Below are positions 1 through 9,332 of a DNA stretch of 64,000 bases, piece after piece (positions within the stretch are counted from its first letter, which is position 1; each line of letters opens with the position of its first letter). The translations under genes were made by a program, and so were the position numbers. The DNA is from Tepidisphaera sp. GTDB taxonomy: Bacteria > Planctomycetota > Phycisphaerae > Phycisphaerales > UBA1924. Location of the stretch: contig CP051526.1 in assembly GCA_050916045.1 (NCBI GenBank), forward strand, positions 3,808,001 through 3,872,000, read 5' to 3'. The notes under the pieces were generated by a model. That model was given only the letters and a program-made list of their open reading frames with translations. It had not been told where the DNA came from and made no database searches.

Positions 1-143
1 TTCCCGCCGCTGGGAAGCGTCTTGCACATGCGAGCACACCCCGGCCCGGAATGCTCAAGCTCGATCCAGCCCGGATAGCCGGACTTCTTGGTCCAGTCGG
101 GCCATCGCTCGGGGAGAATGTGGGTGTGGAGGTCGACTTTCAT
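1..143 (-). CDS. nbaD: Amidohydrolase, probable 2-amino-3-carboxymuconate-6-semialdehyde decarboxylase (5' part; runs off window start)
   Basis: Manual translation from ATG 143: MKVDLHTHILPERWPDWTKKSGYPGWIELEH, an HxH amidohydrolase N-terminus of ACMSD type; lies downstream of nbaC. Confidence 0.8.
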   Translation of the reverse strand, partial: MKVDLHTHILPERWPDWTKKSGYPGWIELEHSGPGCARMCKTLPSGG

Positions 144-151
144 GCGGAATC

Positions 152-189
152 AAGAAGTTGAAACACTGAGAGCACTGAGGGGCACAGAG
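152..189. repeat. Left arm of 38-bp inverted repeat flanking the GxxExxY gene
   Basis: aagaagttgaaacactgagagcactgaggggcacagag; reverse complement of 656-693 with 1 mismatch. Confidence 0.95.
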
Positions 190-234
190 AAATACGAAGT
201 CACTTGGCGTGCTTGTCTACGGCACGCTTCAATC

Positions 235-633
235 CTAGACGACCCTCCTTTTGACGTTCTGAACGAGGACCTGGCAGTTGAAGTTCATGAGCAACCCCAC
301 CCTTACTCGTGAAAGCCGAAGGTACGTGAGCAACTGGGTCTCGTGGATCGGCATCAGCTTCTCCACTGATTTGAGCTCCACGATAACCTTGCTCGCCACG
401 AGCAGGTCGATCCGAAAGCCGCAATCAAGCCTGATGCCGTCGTACTCGACCGCGACCTCGACTTGCCTCTGCACCGCGATTCCGCGTCTCGACAACTCGT
501 GAGCGAGACATGCCTCGTACACGGACTCGAGCAATCCCGGGCCCATCACGCGGTGGACCTGCACCGCTGCACCAAAGATCGCTTCCGTCACATCTCCATG
601 CAGATAATCCAGTGAATCGCGTTCCAACGCCAC
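235..633 (-). CDS. GxxExxY protein (PD-(D/E)xK nuclease-like fold)
   Basis: GPGLLESVYEAC, RIDLLV...IVELKS, QLLTYL, GLLMNF motifs; GGAG RBS before GTG. Confidence 0.92.
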   Translation of the reverse strand: MALERDSLDYLHGDVTEAIFGAAVQVHRVMGPGLLESVYEACLAHELSRRGIAVQRQVEVAVEYDGIRLDCGFRIDLLVASKVIVELKSVEKLMPIHETQLLTYLRLSRVRVGLLMNFNCQVLVQNVKRRVV

Positions 634-655
634 ACACTCCTGGACTTTGGCCTTC

Positions 656-693
656 CTCTGTGCCCCTCAGTGATCTCAGTGTTTCAACTTCTT
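656..693. repeat. Right arm of 38-bp inverted repeat; overlaps last codons and stop of nbaC
   Basis: ctctgtgcccctcagtgatctcagtgtttcaacttctt. Confidence 0.95.
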
Positions 694-1347
694 TGATTTC
701 TTCTTCACCGCCGACACCTTCTTGCCCTTCAGTTCAATCGCCCCCGCTTGCTGGATGACGTACCCGCACTTCTTGCACGTGCGACGCTCCGCCGGACCGC
801 CCCAGAAGTCGTGCATGATGATCTTGAGGTCCTCATCGATCTTCTTCAGCACCCACCGTGCTTCGTGCACCAGCGTGTCGCACTCGGGGCAGTACCACCG
901 CAGAGCATCCTCCTGCGGCTTGCCGTTCTCGTCGAACCCGCGAGGGAACTCCACGATGAGCCCCGCCGTCCCCTTCGGCCGCTGCGGACGGTGCGGCACC
1001 CAGCGATCAAGCAGGAAGAGCTCACCCTCCTTCACCACGACGTCGTGCGGCTTGGAACCGTCGAGCGGGCGAATCCGCACCGCGATGTTCCCCTTCACCT
1101 GATAGAACAACTCCTCCGTCGGGTTGACGTGGTAGTCGTTCCGCGTGTTGGGCCCGCCGCTGACGAAAAGCACCATGTCCTTGCTCGTCGCGAAGAGCTG
1201 CTTGTTGCTCACCGGAGGCGTCAGATTTTTCTTGTTCGCCCGGATCCAGCGATCAAGATGGATGAGCGGCTCGGTGATCCCGTGCGGGGCCCGCGGCTGC
1301 TTGGAGGAGGACTTCCGGGTGGCTTGCGTCGTGGTTTTCTTGGCCAT
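676..1347 (-). CDS. nbaC: 3-hydroxyanthranilate 3,4-dioxygenase
   Basis: GGPNTRNDYHVNPTEELFYQ, PHRPQRP, WYCPEC...CKKCG rubredoxin-like site. Confidence 0.93.
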   Translation of the reverse strand: MAKKTTTQATRKSSSKQPRAPHGITEPLIHLDRWIRANKKNLTPPVSNKQLFATSKDMVLFVSGGPNTRNDYHVNPTEELFYQVKGNIAVRIRPLDGSKPHDVVVKEGELFLLDRWVPHRPQRPKGTAGLIVEFPRGFDENGKPQEDALRWYCPECDTLVHEARWVLKKIDEDLKIIMHDFWGGPAERRTCKKCGYVIQQAGAIELKGKKVSAVKKKSKKLKH

Positions 1348-1445
1348 GCGGGCATGGTACCCGCAAGAGGCCGGTCCAATCTCCGTCGCGGACAGCCTGC
1401 GTCCGTGCTTACGCCACTCCCAAAGGCCCAGTCCACACTCCTATC

Positions 1446-2627
1446 ATGGACGCCCCGGAGCCCAGATTGCCCGACGCCAACGCCAAAGCGGCTTCCTCCT
1501 CCCGCCTCGTCGGGATCTTCCTGATCGTCCTCACGCTGGCCTGCTGGACCACGATCCCGCTCTACCTCAGCCATCTCAAGGGCATCGTCGACCCGACCGG
1601 CACGCCAAACGCCGAGGGCAAGCTCCCGCCGCTCGTCGATCCCTGGACCGCCAACGGCTGGCGGTACGGCTTCTCGACGATCCTGTGGATCCCGCCGCTC
1701 CTCTTCGCGTGGTGGTCGGGAAAGATGCCCCGCGGCATCTGGAAAGCCGCGCTCCTCCCCAGCATCTTCAACGCCGCCGCCCAGGTCTGTTTCGGCATCG
1801 CGCCGTACTTCGTCTCCCCCGGGCTCATGACCTTCAGCCTCCGCCTCAACATCATCTTCGTGACCATCGGTGCCGCGATCTTCTTCATCGCCGAGCGGCG
1901 GATCATAAAGTCCACGGGCTTCCTGATCGGCATCACGACGCTTCTGGTCGGCACGATTCTGACCGTCCTCTTCCAGCACGGGGGGCTTGGCGGCGCCACG
2001 GGGTTCGGCGTCCTGGTCTCCTTCGGTTCGGCGCTGCTTTACGCCGCGTATGCCCTCGCGGTCCGCAAGTGGATGCACGGCATGCCCCCGCTGCTCGCTT
2101 TCGCGGCGGTCAGCCAGTACACCGGCTTCGCGCTGGTGGCTCTCATGTTCATCCTCGGCGACCGCGGCCACGACGCTTCCGGGGTTCCTGATGCGGTCCG
2201 CGGGCTCAACGCCCTGCGCCTTCCCGGCGGCATCTTCGGCCTTGAGTTCGCGATGCTCTTGATCTTCGCGGTCGTCGGGATCGGGCTGGGGCACACGCTT
2301 TACTTCCACTCGATCCAGCGACTGGGCCTTGCGGTCTCGGCGGGCGTGGTCCAGCTTCAACCCGTCACGGTCTCGCTGGGCGCAATCCTGGTCTTTCCGA
2401 ACGATCCGTCGCAGCACCTGTCGGGCGTGCAGTGGGTGACGGGCGTCGTGGCACTCACCGGCGCGTGCATCATGCTCTACACGCAGCACGTCATGGCTTC
2501 GCGCGAGAAAGCCCCGATCGATGAGTTCGACGACCTGCCGGTCGACGGCGGGGTCGCGATGGTCGGTCAGAGCAACGAGCCTCCGCCGCCGCCGGCGTTC
2601 CCGCCCGGCGAAACACCCCAGCGATAA
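1446..2627 (+). CDS. DMT/EamA family transporter
   Basis: About 10 hydrophobic segments in two repeats; GIGLGHTLYFHSIQRLG...QLQPV. Confidence 0.8.
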   Translation: MDAPEPRLPDANAKAASSSRLVGIFLIVLTLACWTTIPLYLSHLKGIVDPTGTPNAEGKLPPLVDPWTANGWRYGFSTILWIPPLLFAWWSGKMPRGIWKAALLPSIFNAAAQVCFGIAPYFVSPGLMTFSLRLNIIFVTIGAAIFFIAERRIIKSTGFLIGITTLLVGTILTVLFQHGGLGGATGFGVLVSFGSALLYAAYALAVRKWMHGMPPLLAFAAVSQYTGFALVALMFILGDRGHDASGVPDAVRGLNALRLPGGIFGLEFAMLLIFAVVGIGLGHTLYFHSIQRLGLAVSAGVVQLQPVTVSLGAILVFPNDPSQHLSGVQWVTGVVALTGACIMLYTQHVMASREKAPIDEFDDLPVDGGVAMVGQSNEPPPPPAFPPGETPQR

Positions 2628-2702
2628 CGGTTTCAGCGGCTGGAGCGCGTTCCAAACGGGCGCACGGGCTTGGAAGCCAGCCGCTCGCGTCTACCATCGC
2701 GC

Positions 2703-3917
2703 ATGACGAATCTCATCGCAGGCAACGCGGTCATCGGTCAATCCGGCGGCCCCACGGCGGTCATCAACCAATCCCTTGTCGGCGTCGTCGAAGGCCTGCG
2801 GCAAGGCTTGCACGCGGCCGGGTTTGTCAAGACCATCTACGGCATGCGCCACGGCGTCAAGGGCTTCGTCAAGGGCGACCTCGTCGACCTGACGACCACC
2901 GCCGACGACCGCCTCGAGCGTCTCGCGAACACCCCCTCCGCCGGCCTGGGCTCCACCCGCGACAAGCCCGACCGCGCGTACTGCGAGAAGATCCTCGAAG
3001 CCTGCAAGAAGCACGACATCCGCTACTTCTTCTACGTCGGCGGGAACGACAGCTCCGACACCTGCCGCATCGTCTCGGAGATGGCCGCCGCCACCAATTA
3101 CGACATGCGCTGCTTCCACGTCCCCAAGACGGTCGACAACGACCTCATGGAGAACGACCACACGCCGGGCTTCCCCAGCGCCGCCCGTTACGTCGCCATG
3201 CACTTCATGTCCGACAGCATGGACAACCGCTCGCTCCCGGGCATCAAGATCAACGTCATCATGGGCCGCCACGCGGGGTTCCTCACCGCCGCCGCCGCGC
3301 TCGCCCGCAAGCACGAGGGTGACGGCCCGCACCTGATCTACGTCCCCGAGGTCGCTTTCGATCTTGACGCGTTCGCCGCGGATGTCTCTCGCATCTATAG
3401 CAAGCTCGGCCGCTGCCAGATCGCCGTCTCCGAAGGCATCCAGGACAAGGACCACGTCGCCATCGGCGCCAAGCTGATCAAGAACGCCCAGGTCGATGCC
3501 CACGGCAACGTCCAGCTCTCAGGCTCGGGTGCCCTCGGCGACCAGCTCGCCGACTACCTCAAGGAGAAACTGACGCCTCCGGGTGGCAAGCCCCCGCGCG
3601 TCCGCGCCGACACGCTCGGCTACGCCCAGCGCTGCTGGCCCGATGCGTCGCCCATTGACCAGACCGAAGCCCGCCGCTCGGGCCGCTTCGCCGCCGCCCA
3701 AGCCCTCGCGGGCGAGAAGAGCGGCTCGATCGCCCTCAAGCGCGGCCCCGGCAACGAGTACTCCTGCTTCTGTGCGCTCGTCCCCCTCTCCGCCGTCGCC
3801 GCCAAGACCCGCCACCTCCCGGCCGAGTTCCTGAAAGGCACGAGCGACGTCTCGCAAGCGTGCATCGACAACCTCCGCCCGCTCGTGGGTCCGCTGCCGA
3901 CGTTTGAATTGCTTTAA
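2703..3917 (+). CDS. Phosphofructokinase, probably PPi-dependent
   Basis: GQSGGPTAVIN, GGNDS (Asp at the phosphoryl-donor-determining position), PKTVDND, MGRHAG; ATG 2703 follows a TACCAT box. Confidence 0.9.
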   Translation: MTNLIAGNAVIGQSGGPTAVINQSLVGVVEGLRQGLHAAGFVKTIYGMRHGVKGFVKGDLVDLTTTADDRLERLANTPSAGLGSTRDKPDRAYCEKILEACKKHDIRYFFYVGGNDSSDTCRIVSEMAAATNYDMRCFHVPKTVDNDLMENDHTPGFPSAARYVAMHFMSDSMDNRSLPGIKINVIMGRHAGFLTAAAALARKHEGDGPHLIYVPEVAFDLDAFAADVSRIYSKLGRCQIAVSEGIQDKDHVAIGAKLIKNAQVDAHGNVQLSGSGALGDQLADYLKEKLTPPGGKPPRVRADTLGYAQRCWPDASPIDQTEARRSGRFAAAQALAGEKSGSIALKRGPGNEYSCFCALVPLSAVAAKTRHLPAEFLKGTSDVSQACIDNLRPLVGPLPTFELL

Positions 3918-4208
3918 GCTATTCCGACAACGAATCCGCTCTGATCGACAAGCACCGGCCAACCCGGTGCTTTTCCTTGCGCTGACACTGCATGACTCGC
4001 GAAGATTGCGCTACTCCGACGTACATTCGGCGCGCAAAGAAACCACGCTCCCCGGCACCGCGGGAAGAACGGATCCCCCGATCGGAAATTGCATGCGATC
4101 TACGAAATCTCGCGCAACCCGGATCGTTCCGCCGCTCTCTGAGAGCACAGGCTTCGCAACGCTCGGACCGAAGTCCGCGCAGGCGACAAGCCTGAGGAGG
4201 GTTCAGTC

Positions 4209-5774
4209 ATGAGCACGAATCGTTCTTCCCGCGTTGTCCCATTCCCGGCGTGCCTCGCGATCATCGCGGGCGCGGCCCTCGGCGCTTCCGCAGCCGACGC
4301 TCAAGTCGAGCGGATCATCCGCCCCGTCCAGACCGAAGCCGACGCGTACGGCATCGCTCAACTCGACGATGGCTACGCCACCATCGCCAACGCCACCATC
4401 ACCGGCGGCGGCGGCACGCAGCAGGTCCTCGTCCTCACGCGTCACACCCTCGGCGGCGCGGTCCTCTGGCAGCGTTACCTCGTCGGTCCCCGCAACGACC
4501 GTGCGTTCTGCATCGAAGCCACCCGCGACCGTGGCTTCGTCATCGCCGGCGAGACCGACGCCGTCGATCCCAACCAGGCCCACACCACCGTCATCAAGAC
4601 CGACGGCCTCGGCAACCTCCTCTGGGCCCGCAGCATCCCGGCCGTCGACTTCGCCTCCCGCCCCATCGAGGTCGGCCTCCGCGAAGACCGCAACGGCAAC
4701 TACATCGTCGTCCACTCCACCCGCTTCCCCGGCAGCGCCGCTGAGTTCGGTGCCGCCGCTCTGCTCACCCCCGCGGGCAACGTCCTCTGGTCGCAAGCCT
4801 ACCGCGACCCGCGCGTGCAGACCCCCTTCACGGCCTTCGAAGACGTCCGCGAAACCGTGGGCCCCAACAACAACCCGCTCTACGTCGTTGTCGGCCACAC
4901 CGCCCGCGACCAGGGGACCGTGGGCCGCTCGATCGCCCTCTACCTCAACCCCGCCGACGGCTCCAACCCGCTGACGCGCGAGTACTCCTTCCTGGGCAAC
5001 ACGGAAGAGCACCACGCCAACGCGGTTCTTCCCGTCTCCCGCGAGAAAATCCGCGTCGTCGGCCGCTTCACCGACGCACAGAACGGTTTCGATGACGACG
5101 CGGTCGTCTGGGACCTGGACCCCGCGCTGCAGCCCGTCACGCTCGCGGCGATCTACCCCGGCGTCCGCCTCGCCCACGCGGGGATCGCTCCGTCCTTCAC
5201 CGCCGTCGGCGTCACGACGCACGCGGGCCACTTCGTCTTCGACAACGGGGATGAGGATGCGCTGCTCATGACGCTCTCCATCTCGCCCCCCGCGCTCGTC
5301 TGGTCCAACCTCTACCGCGGAGCCCGCCCCGAAGGGTTCAGGGCTCTCTTCACCCGCCCCGACAGCATCATTGCCGCCGGCTACAACGACTCCTTCGTTG
5401 CGGGCCAGCGCTGGATCTACACCGCCCGCACCGACCCCTTCGGCATCACCTCCTGCGAGACGCGCTTCAACCTCGACCCGCGCACGCCCGAACCCCGGAG
5501 CGTCGCGTTCGAGATGCCCCGCCTGACCGTCCCCGTCCGCGACTACCCGATGATCGACCCGCGGACCGAGTGGTTCCAGCGCGTCGTCTGCAACCGCTGC
5601 CCCGCCGACTTCAACGAGGACGGCTTCCTCGACTTCTTCGACTACGACGATTACGTCAACTGCTTCGAGAACGGCGTCTGCCCCCCGGGCCAGGATGCCG
5701 ACTTCAACGGCGACGGCTTCGTCGACTTCTTCGACTACGACGCGTACGTCGCGGCGTTTGAACGCGGCTGCTAA
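4209..5774 (+). CDS. Secreted beta-rich repeat protein with C-terminal GC-type dockerin-like domain
   Basis: Signal peptide; G-x-x-LW repeats; CPADFNEDGFLDFFDYDD...AFERGC tail. Confidence 0.8.
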   Translation: MSTNRSSRVVPFPACLAIIAGAALGASAADAQVERIIRPVQTEADAYGIAQLDDGYATIANATITGGGGTQQVLVLTRHTLGGAVLWQRYLVGPRNDRAFCIEATRDRGFVIAGETDAVDPNQAHTTVIKTDGLGNLLWARSIPAVDFASRPIEVGLREDRNGNYIVVHSTRFPGSAAEFGAAALLTPAGNVLWSQAYRDPRVQTPFTAFEDVRETVGPNNNPLYVVVGHTARDQGTVGRSIALYLNPADGSNPLTREYSFLGNTEEHHANAVLPVSREKIRVVGRFTDAQNGFDDDAVVWDLDPALQPVTLAAIYPGVRLAHAGIAPSFTAVGVTTHAGHFVFDNGDEDALLMTLSISPPALVWSNLYRGARPEGFRALFTRPDSIIAAGYNDSFVAGQRWIYTARTDPFGITSCETRFNLDPRTPEPRSVAFEMPRLTVPVRDYPMIDPRTEWFQRVVCNRCPADFNEDGFLDFFDYDDYVNCFENGVCPPGQDADFNGDGFVDFFDYDAYVAAFERGC

Positions 5775-6164
5775 CCCCCATCCCCCCCGGAGGCACTCCG
5801 CGAAGTGCGCCTGGGACCATCACCACGCGACCGACCGCCGGGCGCATCCTCCGACCTGTCAAGGGCCCGCTGCGCCGCCGCAGCGGGCTCTTTTACGCTC
5901 GCAGAACATCGCCGCGCCCGCGCAGAAGAGCAATGCAAGGTTGCAGAGCGCCTCCGCCTCCTTGCAGGAGAGAAAAGCAAGGAGGCAGCGGAGCAACGCG
6001 AGGAGGCAAAGCTGCTCAGCCTCCTCACCGCAGAGCAAAACCTCCGCGCAGCAGAGCAAAACAGGCTGGCAGAACCCTTCTGCGCCGCGTCATCACACGG
6101 TTATCGAACCGCCGCTCCCCCCATCCCCGGCCAACCTCCGGGCGATCGCCGGTACACTCCCCCC

Positions 6165-6734
6165 ATGCCCGCCAAGGACCACGCCGCGTGGGACATCGTC
6201 TCCGACAATCCCCTGCGTTGTTGGCCTTCCGAAGCCCGCCGCCGCAGCAACGCCACCGCACGCACGGCGTTACTCGACGACCTCGAAACAACGCTGAGCC
6301 CCGACCGCCTGCAAACCACGCTCAAAGCACGACTCAGGCCCGGAGAACTTCTGCGTTCTCGCAAAGCGTGGATCGCTGGCATGGGCATGGGTGTTTGCAT
6401 GATTCTTGGCCAGGGCGTTTCGGGGGCTTACCTGCTCAAGGGCTACACGCTGAGCCTCAAGCCAAACGGGTACCACCTGATTCCGCTCGTCGGGCTTGTA
6501 ACCGGCATCATCATGTGCTTTCTGTCGCGACCGGCGCTCCGCACAAGCCGAGTCTGGCGACGCGTGCTGGCGACACACTGCCCCGACTGCAACTACGACC
6601 TCTCCGCAAGCCACGCCGACTCGCCGCTCGACCCTCAAACCCTCGGCATCAACCTCGGCCCCCGCCACTGCCCCGAATGCGGCGCGCTCTGGCCCCTCGT
6701 CCCGCCACCCGACCCCGCATCCCCTACCCGCTGA
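6165..6734 (+). CDS. Two-TM membrane protein with C-terminal Zn ribbon (CxxC...CPECG)
   Basis: ATG 6165 lies 6 nt after TACACT; HCPDCNYDL...HCPECG; the frame is also open upstream to 5805. Confidence 0.7.
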   Translation: MPAKDHAAWDIVSDNPLRCWPSEARRRSNATARTALLDDLETTLSPDRLQTTLKARLRPGELLRSRKAWIAGMGMGVCMILGQGVSGAYLLKGYTLSLKPNGYHLIPLVGLVTGIIMCFLSRPALRTSRVWRRVLATHCPDCNYDLSASHADSPLDPQTLGINLGPRHCPECGALWPLVPPPDPASPTR

Positions 6735-6764
6735 CCCTTCGGACCCACCCCCCACGACCGCACC

Positions 6765-7340
6765 ATGCCAGAAGACGCATGCATCTGGGACCGCCTCCCC
6801 GGGCTCAACCCGGAGATGCCCCTCGCGGACCACCGCGCCGCCCGCATCGAGCCCTACGAAACCCTCTCGGGCCCGCCCGAGCCCAAAGGCTTGGCCGATC
6901 CCAAGGGGTTTCATGACGACCTGCGCTTCCGCCTCGCCTCTTGGAACGAGCTCCTTGTCGACCGAAGCAACGCGAATGTCCGCCACGACGATCACGAGTG
7001 GATCGATCACCCGTTCTCCGCGACACGCAACGCCTTGTACCTGGTCGTCTGGGTTGTCGCGTTCTGGGATCTCGCGATTGGAATGACATTGGCGGCCGCA
7101 ACGGTCACAATCGCAGTGCACCTCTGGCGTTCCTCCAAGCGCTCCTTCCTGACACGAGCCCTGAAGCGTCAATTCTGCCCGGACTGCGAGTACGACCTCA
7201 GGGGCTGCGACCCGGGCCTCGATCCCGACCTGCTCCTCGGCCTGAACATCGGGCCCAAGCGATGCCCGGAATGCGGGAGTCACTGGCCTTTGCTGCCGCC
7301 CCATCCATACCGATCACAATCCAAGCAAAATCCTCCCTAA
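6765..7340 (+). CDS. Two-TM membrane protein with C-terminal Zn ribbon, paralog of the upstream gene
   Basis: FCPDCEYDL...GLNIGPKRCPECGSHWPLLPP closely matches the upstream gene's C-terminus. Confidence 0.75.
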   Translation: MPEDACIWDRLPGLNPEMPLADHRAARIEPYETLSGPPEPKGLADPKGFHDDLRFRLASWNELLVDRSNANVRHDDHEWIDHPFSATRNALYLVVWVVAFWDLAIGMTLAAATVTIAVHLWRSSKRSFLTRALKRQFCPDCEYDLRGCDPGLDPDLLLGLNIGPKRCPECGSHWPLLPPHPYRSQSKQNPP

Positions 7341-7424
7341 AGCCTGTACGCTCCCTTCCGGGCGGGGCCTCCCCACGACAGGATTCACGCCTTTCTGTCC
7401 CGCGCGGGCTATCCTTGCCTCCCT

Positions 7425-8336
7425 ATGGCAAAGACCCGCGAGATCAAGAAGCGCATCAAGGCCGTCGGCAACATCCGCCGCATCACCAAGACGATGCAGA
7501 TGATCGCCACCGCCAAGTTCGCCGCCGCCCAGCAGCGCGCAACCGCCGGCAAGCCGTACACCGAAGCCCTCTTCGGCCTCGTCGCCGATCTCGCCGGGTC
7601 CGTCGAGGAGGTCTCCCACCCCCTCTTCGGCAAGGGTGACGGCGGCCAGACCGTCGCCCCGCCCCTCACCCTCGTCATCACCTCCGACCGTGGCCTCGCC
7701 GGGGCGTACAACAGCAACGTTCTCCGCACGGCGATGCAGTACCTGCGGACCAACCCCGCCGCCAAAGCCGGGCAGGTCGACCTGGTCGGCAAGAAGGGCG
7801 TCGCGTTCCTCCGCTTCAACAACGTCCCCGTCGCCCGCCAGCACACCTTCGGCGACAAGCCCAGCCTCGAAGCCGTGCAGAAGCTCGCCAACGAGTACAT
7901 CGAGCGCTTCTCCAAAGGCGAGATCTCTTCGGTCAACATCATCTACATGCGGTTCCTCTCCGCCGGCAAGCAGGTCCCCACGGTGATGCAGCTCCTCCCC
8001 TTCAGCCCCGAAGCCGCGGCCGAGCTCGCTCGCAACCAGAAGAAGACCGAAGCCGCCGTCACCCAGCCCGCCCACAAGGTCATCTACGAGTACACGCCCA
8101 GCGCCGAACAGCTTCTCGGTGACCTGCTCCCCGCCGCCGTCCGCGCCGTGCTCTTCCAGGCTTTCAACGACGCGGTCGTCAGCGAGCACATCGCCCGCAT
8201 GGTCGCGATGAAAGCGGCGACCGATGCCGCCGGCAAGATGGGCAAGCTCTACACCCGCAAGTTCAACCGCGCCCGTCAGGCCCAGATCACGACCGAGCTC
8301 ACCGAGATCATCTCGGGTGCCGCGGCTCTGGCGTAA
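7425..8336 (+). CDS. atpG: ATP synthase F1 gamma subunit
   Basis: REIKKRIKAVGNIRRITKTMQMIA, SDRGLAGAYN, FNRARQAQITTELTEIISGA. Confidence 0.98.
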   Translation: MAKTREIKKRIKAVGNIRRITKTMQMIATAKFAAAQQRATAGKPYTEALFGLVADLAGSVEEVSHPLFGKGDGGQTVAPPLTLVITSDRGLAGAYNSNVLRTAMQYLRTNPAAKAGQVDLVGKKGVAFLRFNNVPVARQHTFGDKPSLEAVQKLANEYIERFSKGEISSVNIIYMRFLSAGKQVPTVMQLLPFSPEAAAELARNQKKTEAAVTQPAHKVIYEYTPSAEQLLGDLLPAAVRAVLFQAFNDAVVSEHIARMVAMKAATDAAGKMGKLYTRKFNRARQAQITTELTEIISGAAALA

Positions 8337-8360
8337 GAGGTTCACAACAGACGCACGAAC

Positions 8361-8390
8361 AAACCCCACGTGCGAGCGTGGGGTTTTTCT
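8361..8390 (+). terminator. Intrinsic terminator after atpG
   Basis: aaaccccacg-tgcgag-cgtggggttt stem-loop followed by T-rich tail. Confidence 0.8.
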
Positions 8391-8450
8391 TGCGCAATTC
8401 ACCGCGCTCGCCCCTTGGTGGGCGACCTCGGGCGACTGCTTCTTCTCGGG

Positions 8451-9332
8451 CTACTGCTTCTTGTCCGGCTCCGCGCCCTTGGGGGCTTCGGGCGAAGCCG
8501 TCGCGACGATGCGGCCCTTGTCGGTCACGACCACACCGTCGGGCCGCTCGAGGGTGACCGCGAAGAGAGCCGGGTCAAAGACGCGGAGCTTGGCATCCAC
8601 CGGGATGATGATGTCGCCGGTGCCGGAATCCACCGAGTTGTCGGCGACGTTGAAGACGCCGCCATCCACGGCGAACTCCTGCCGGGCTTTGTCGAAGATC
8701 CAGAGCTGATACTGCTCGCGGGAGGGATCGTTCTTCGCCGCGCCGCGGAACCGCAGGTACCCCTGCTGCAGACGCGTGTTCCAGACGATGTCGCCTTTGA
8801 TTTCCTTGCCGGCGGGGTCCGGCCCGGTCGACCATGAGAGCACCTGCGAATCGCTGTTGGACAAAAGCTCGGCACGCTGCTGCGAAGCCGAGAGCACCGG
8901 CGCCGGTTCGGACGTGATCACCCGCGCGGGGCGCATCCACCCGACGGTCGCGACGATCACCGCGCACGCGGCGACGATCCAGCCACCCAACCCGCCGCCC
9001 AACCCGCCGGAGGTGGACGCCGACGGGGGTGCGACGCGGCCGGCGACCCCGGCGTTCCCGCCGAGCACCAAGCCGCGACCCATCGCTTCGATCTTGTCGC
9101 GGAGCGCCGCCGGCATGGCTTCGGATCGTGCGCCCATCGCCGCGATCGCTTCGCCCACCGCGAGCTCGGCGTCCTCGGCCAGCGACGCGATGCTGACGCC
9201 CGAAGCGGCGAGCTTGTTCTGAAGCGAGAGAAGCTCCGCGCGTTCCGCGTCCGCAAGCGTGCCGAGCATCGCCGCGCTCATCAGTTCCTTTGCACGCGCC
9301 AGTTCGGTCGCGTTCGGAGGCTGCATGCTCAT
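8451..9332 (-). CDS. Anti-sigma factor, RskA-like
   Basis: Single TM helix; QYQLWIF, DGGVF, FAVTLERPDG motifs; overlaps the sigma gene stop. Confidence 0.85.
   Translation of the reverse strand: MSMQPPNATELARAKELMSAAMLGTLADAERAELLSLQNKLAASGVSIASLAEDAELAVGEAIAAMGARSEAMPAALRDKIEAMGRGLVLGGNAGVAGRVAPPSASTSGGLGGGLGGWIVAACAVIVATVGWMRPARVITSEPAPVLSASQQRAELLSNSDSQVLSWSTGPDPAGKEIKGDIVWNTRLQQGYLRFRGAAKNDPSREQYQLWIFDKARQEFAVDGGVFNVADNSVDSGTGDIIIPVDAKLRVFDPALFAVTLERPDGVVVTDKGRIVATASPEAPKGAEPDKKQ

Noticed and set aside
4113..4140. Third site for the CHAT-linked ECF (ccgctctc upstream of 4209)
   Set aside because: The -10-like part matches, but GTA is absent at the 16-nt spacing.
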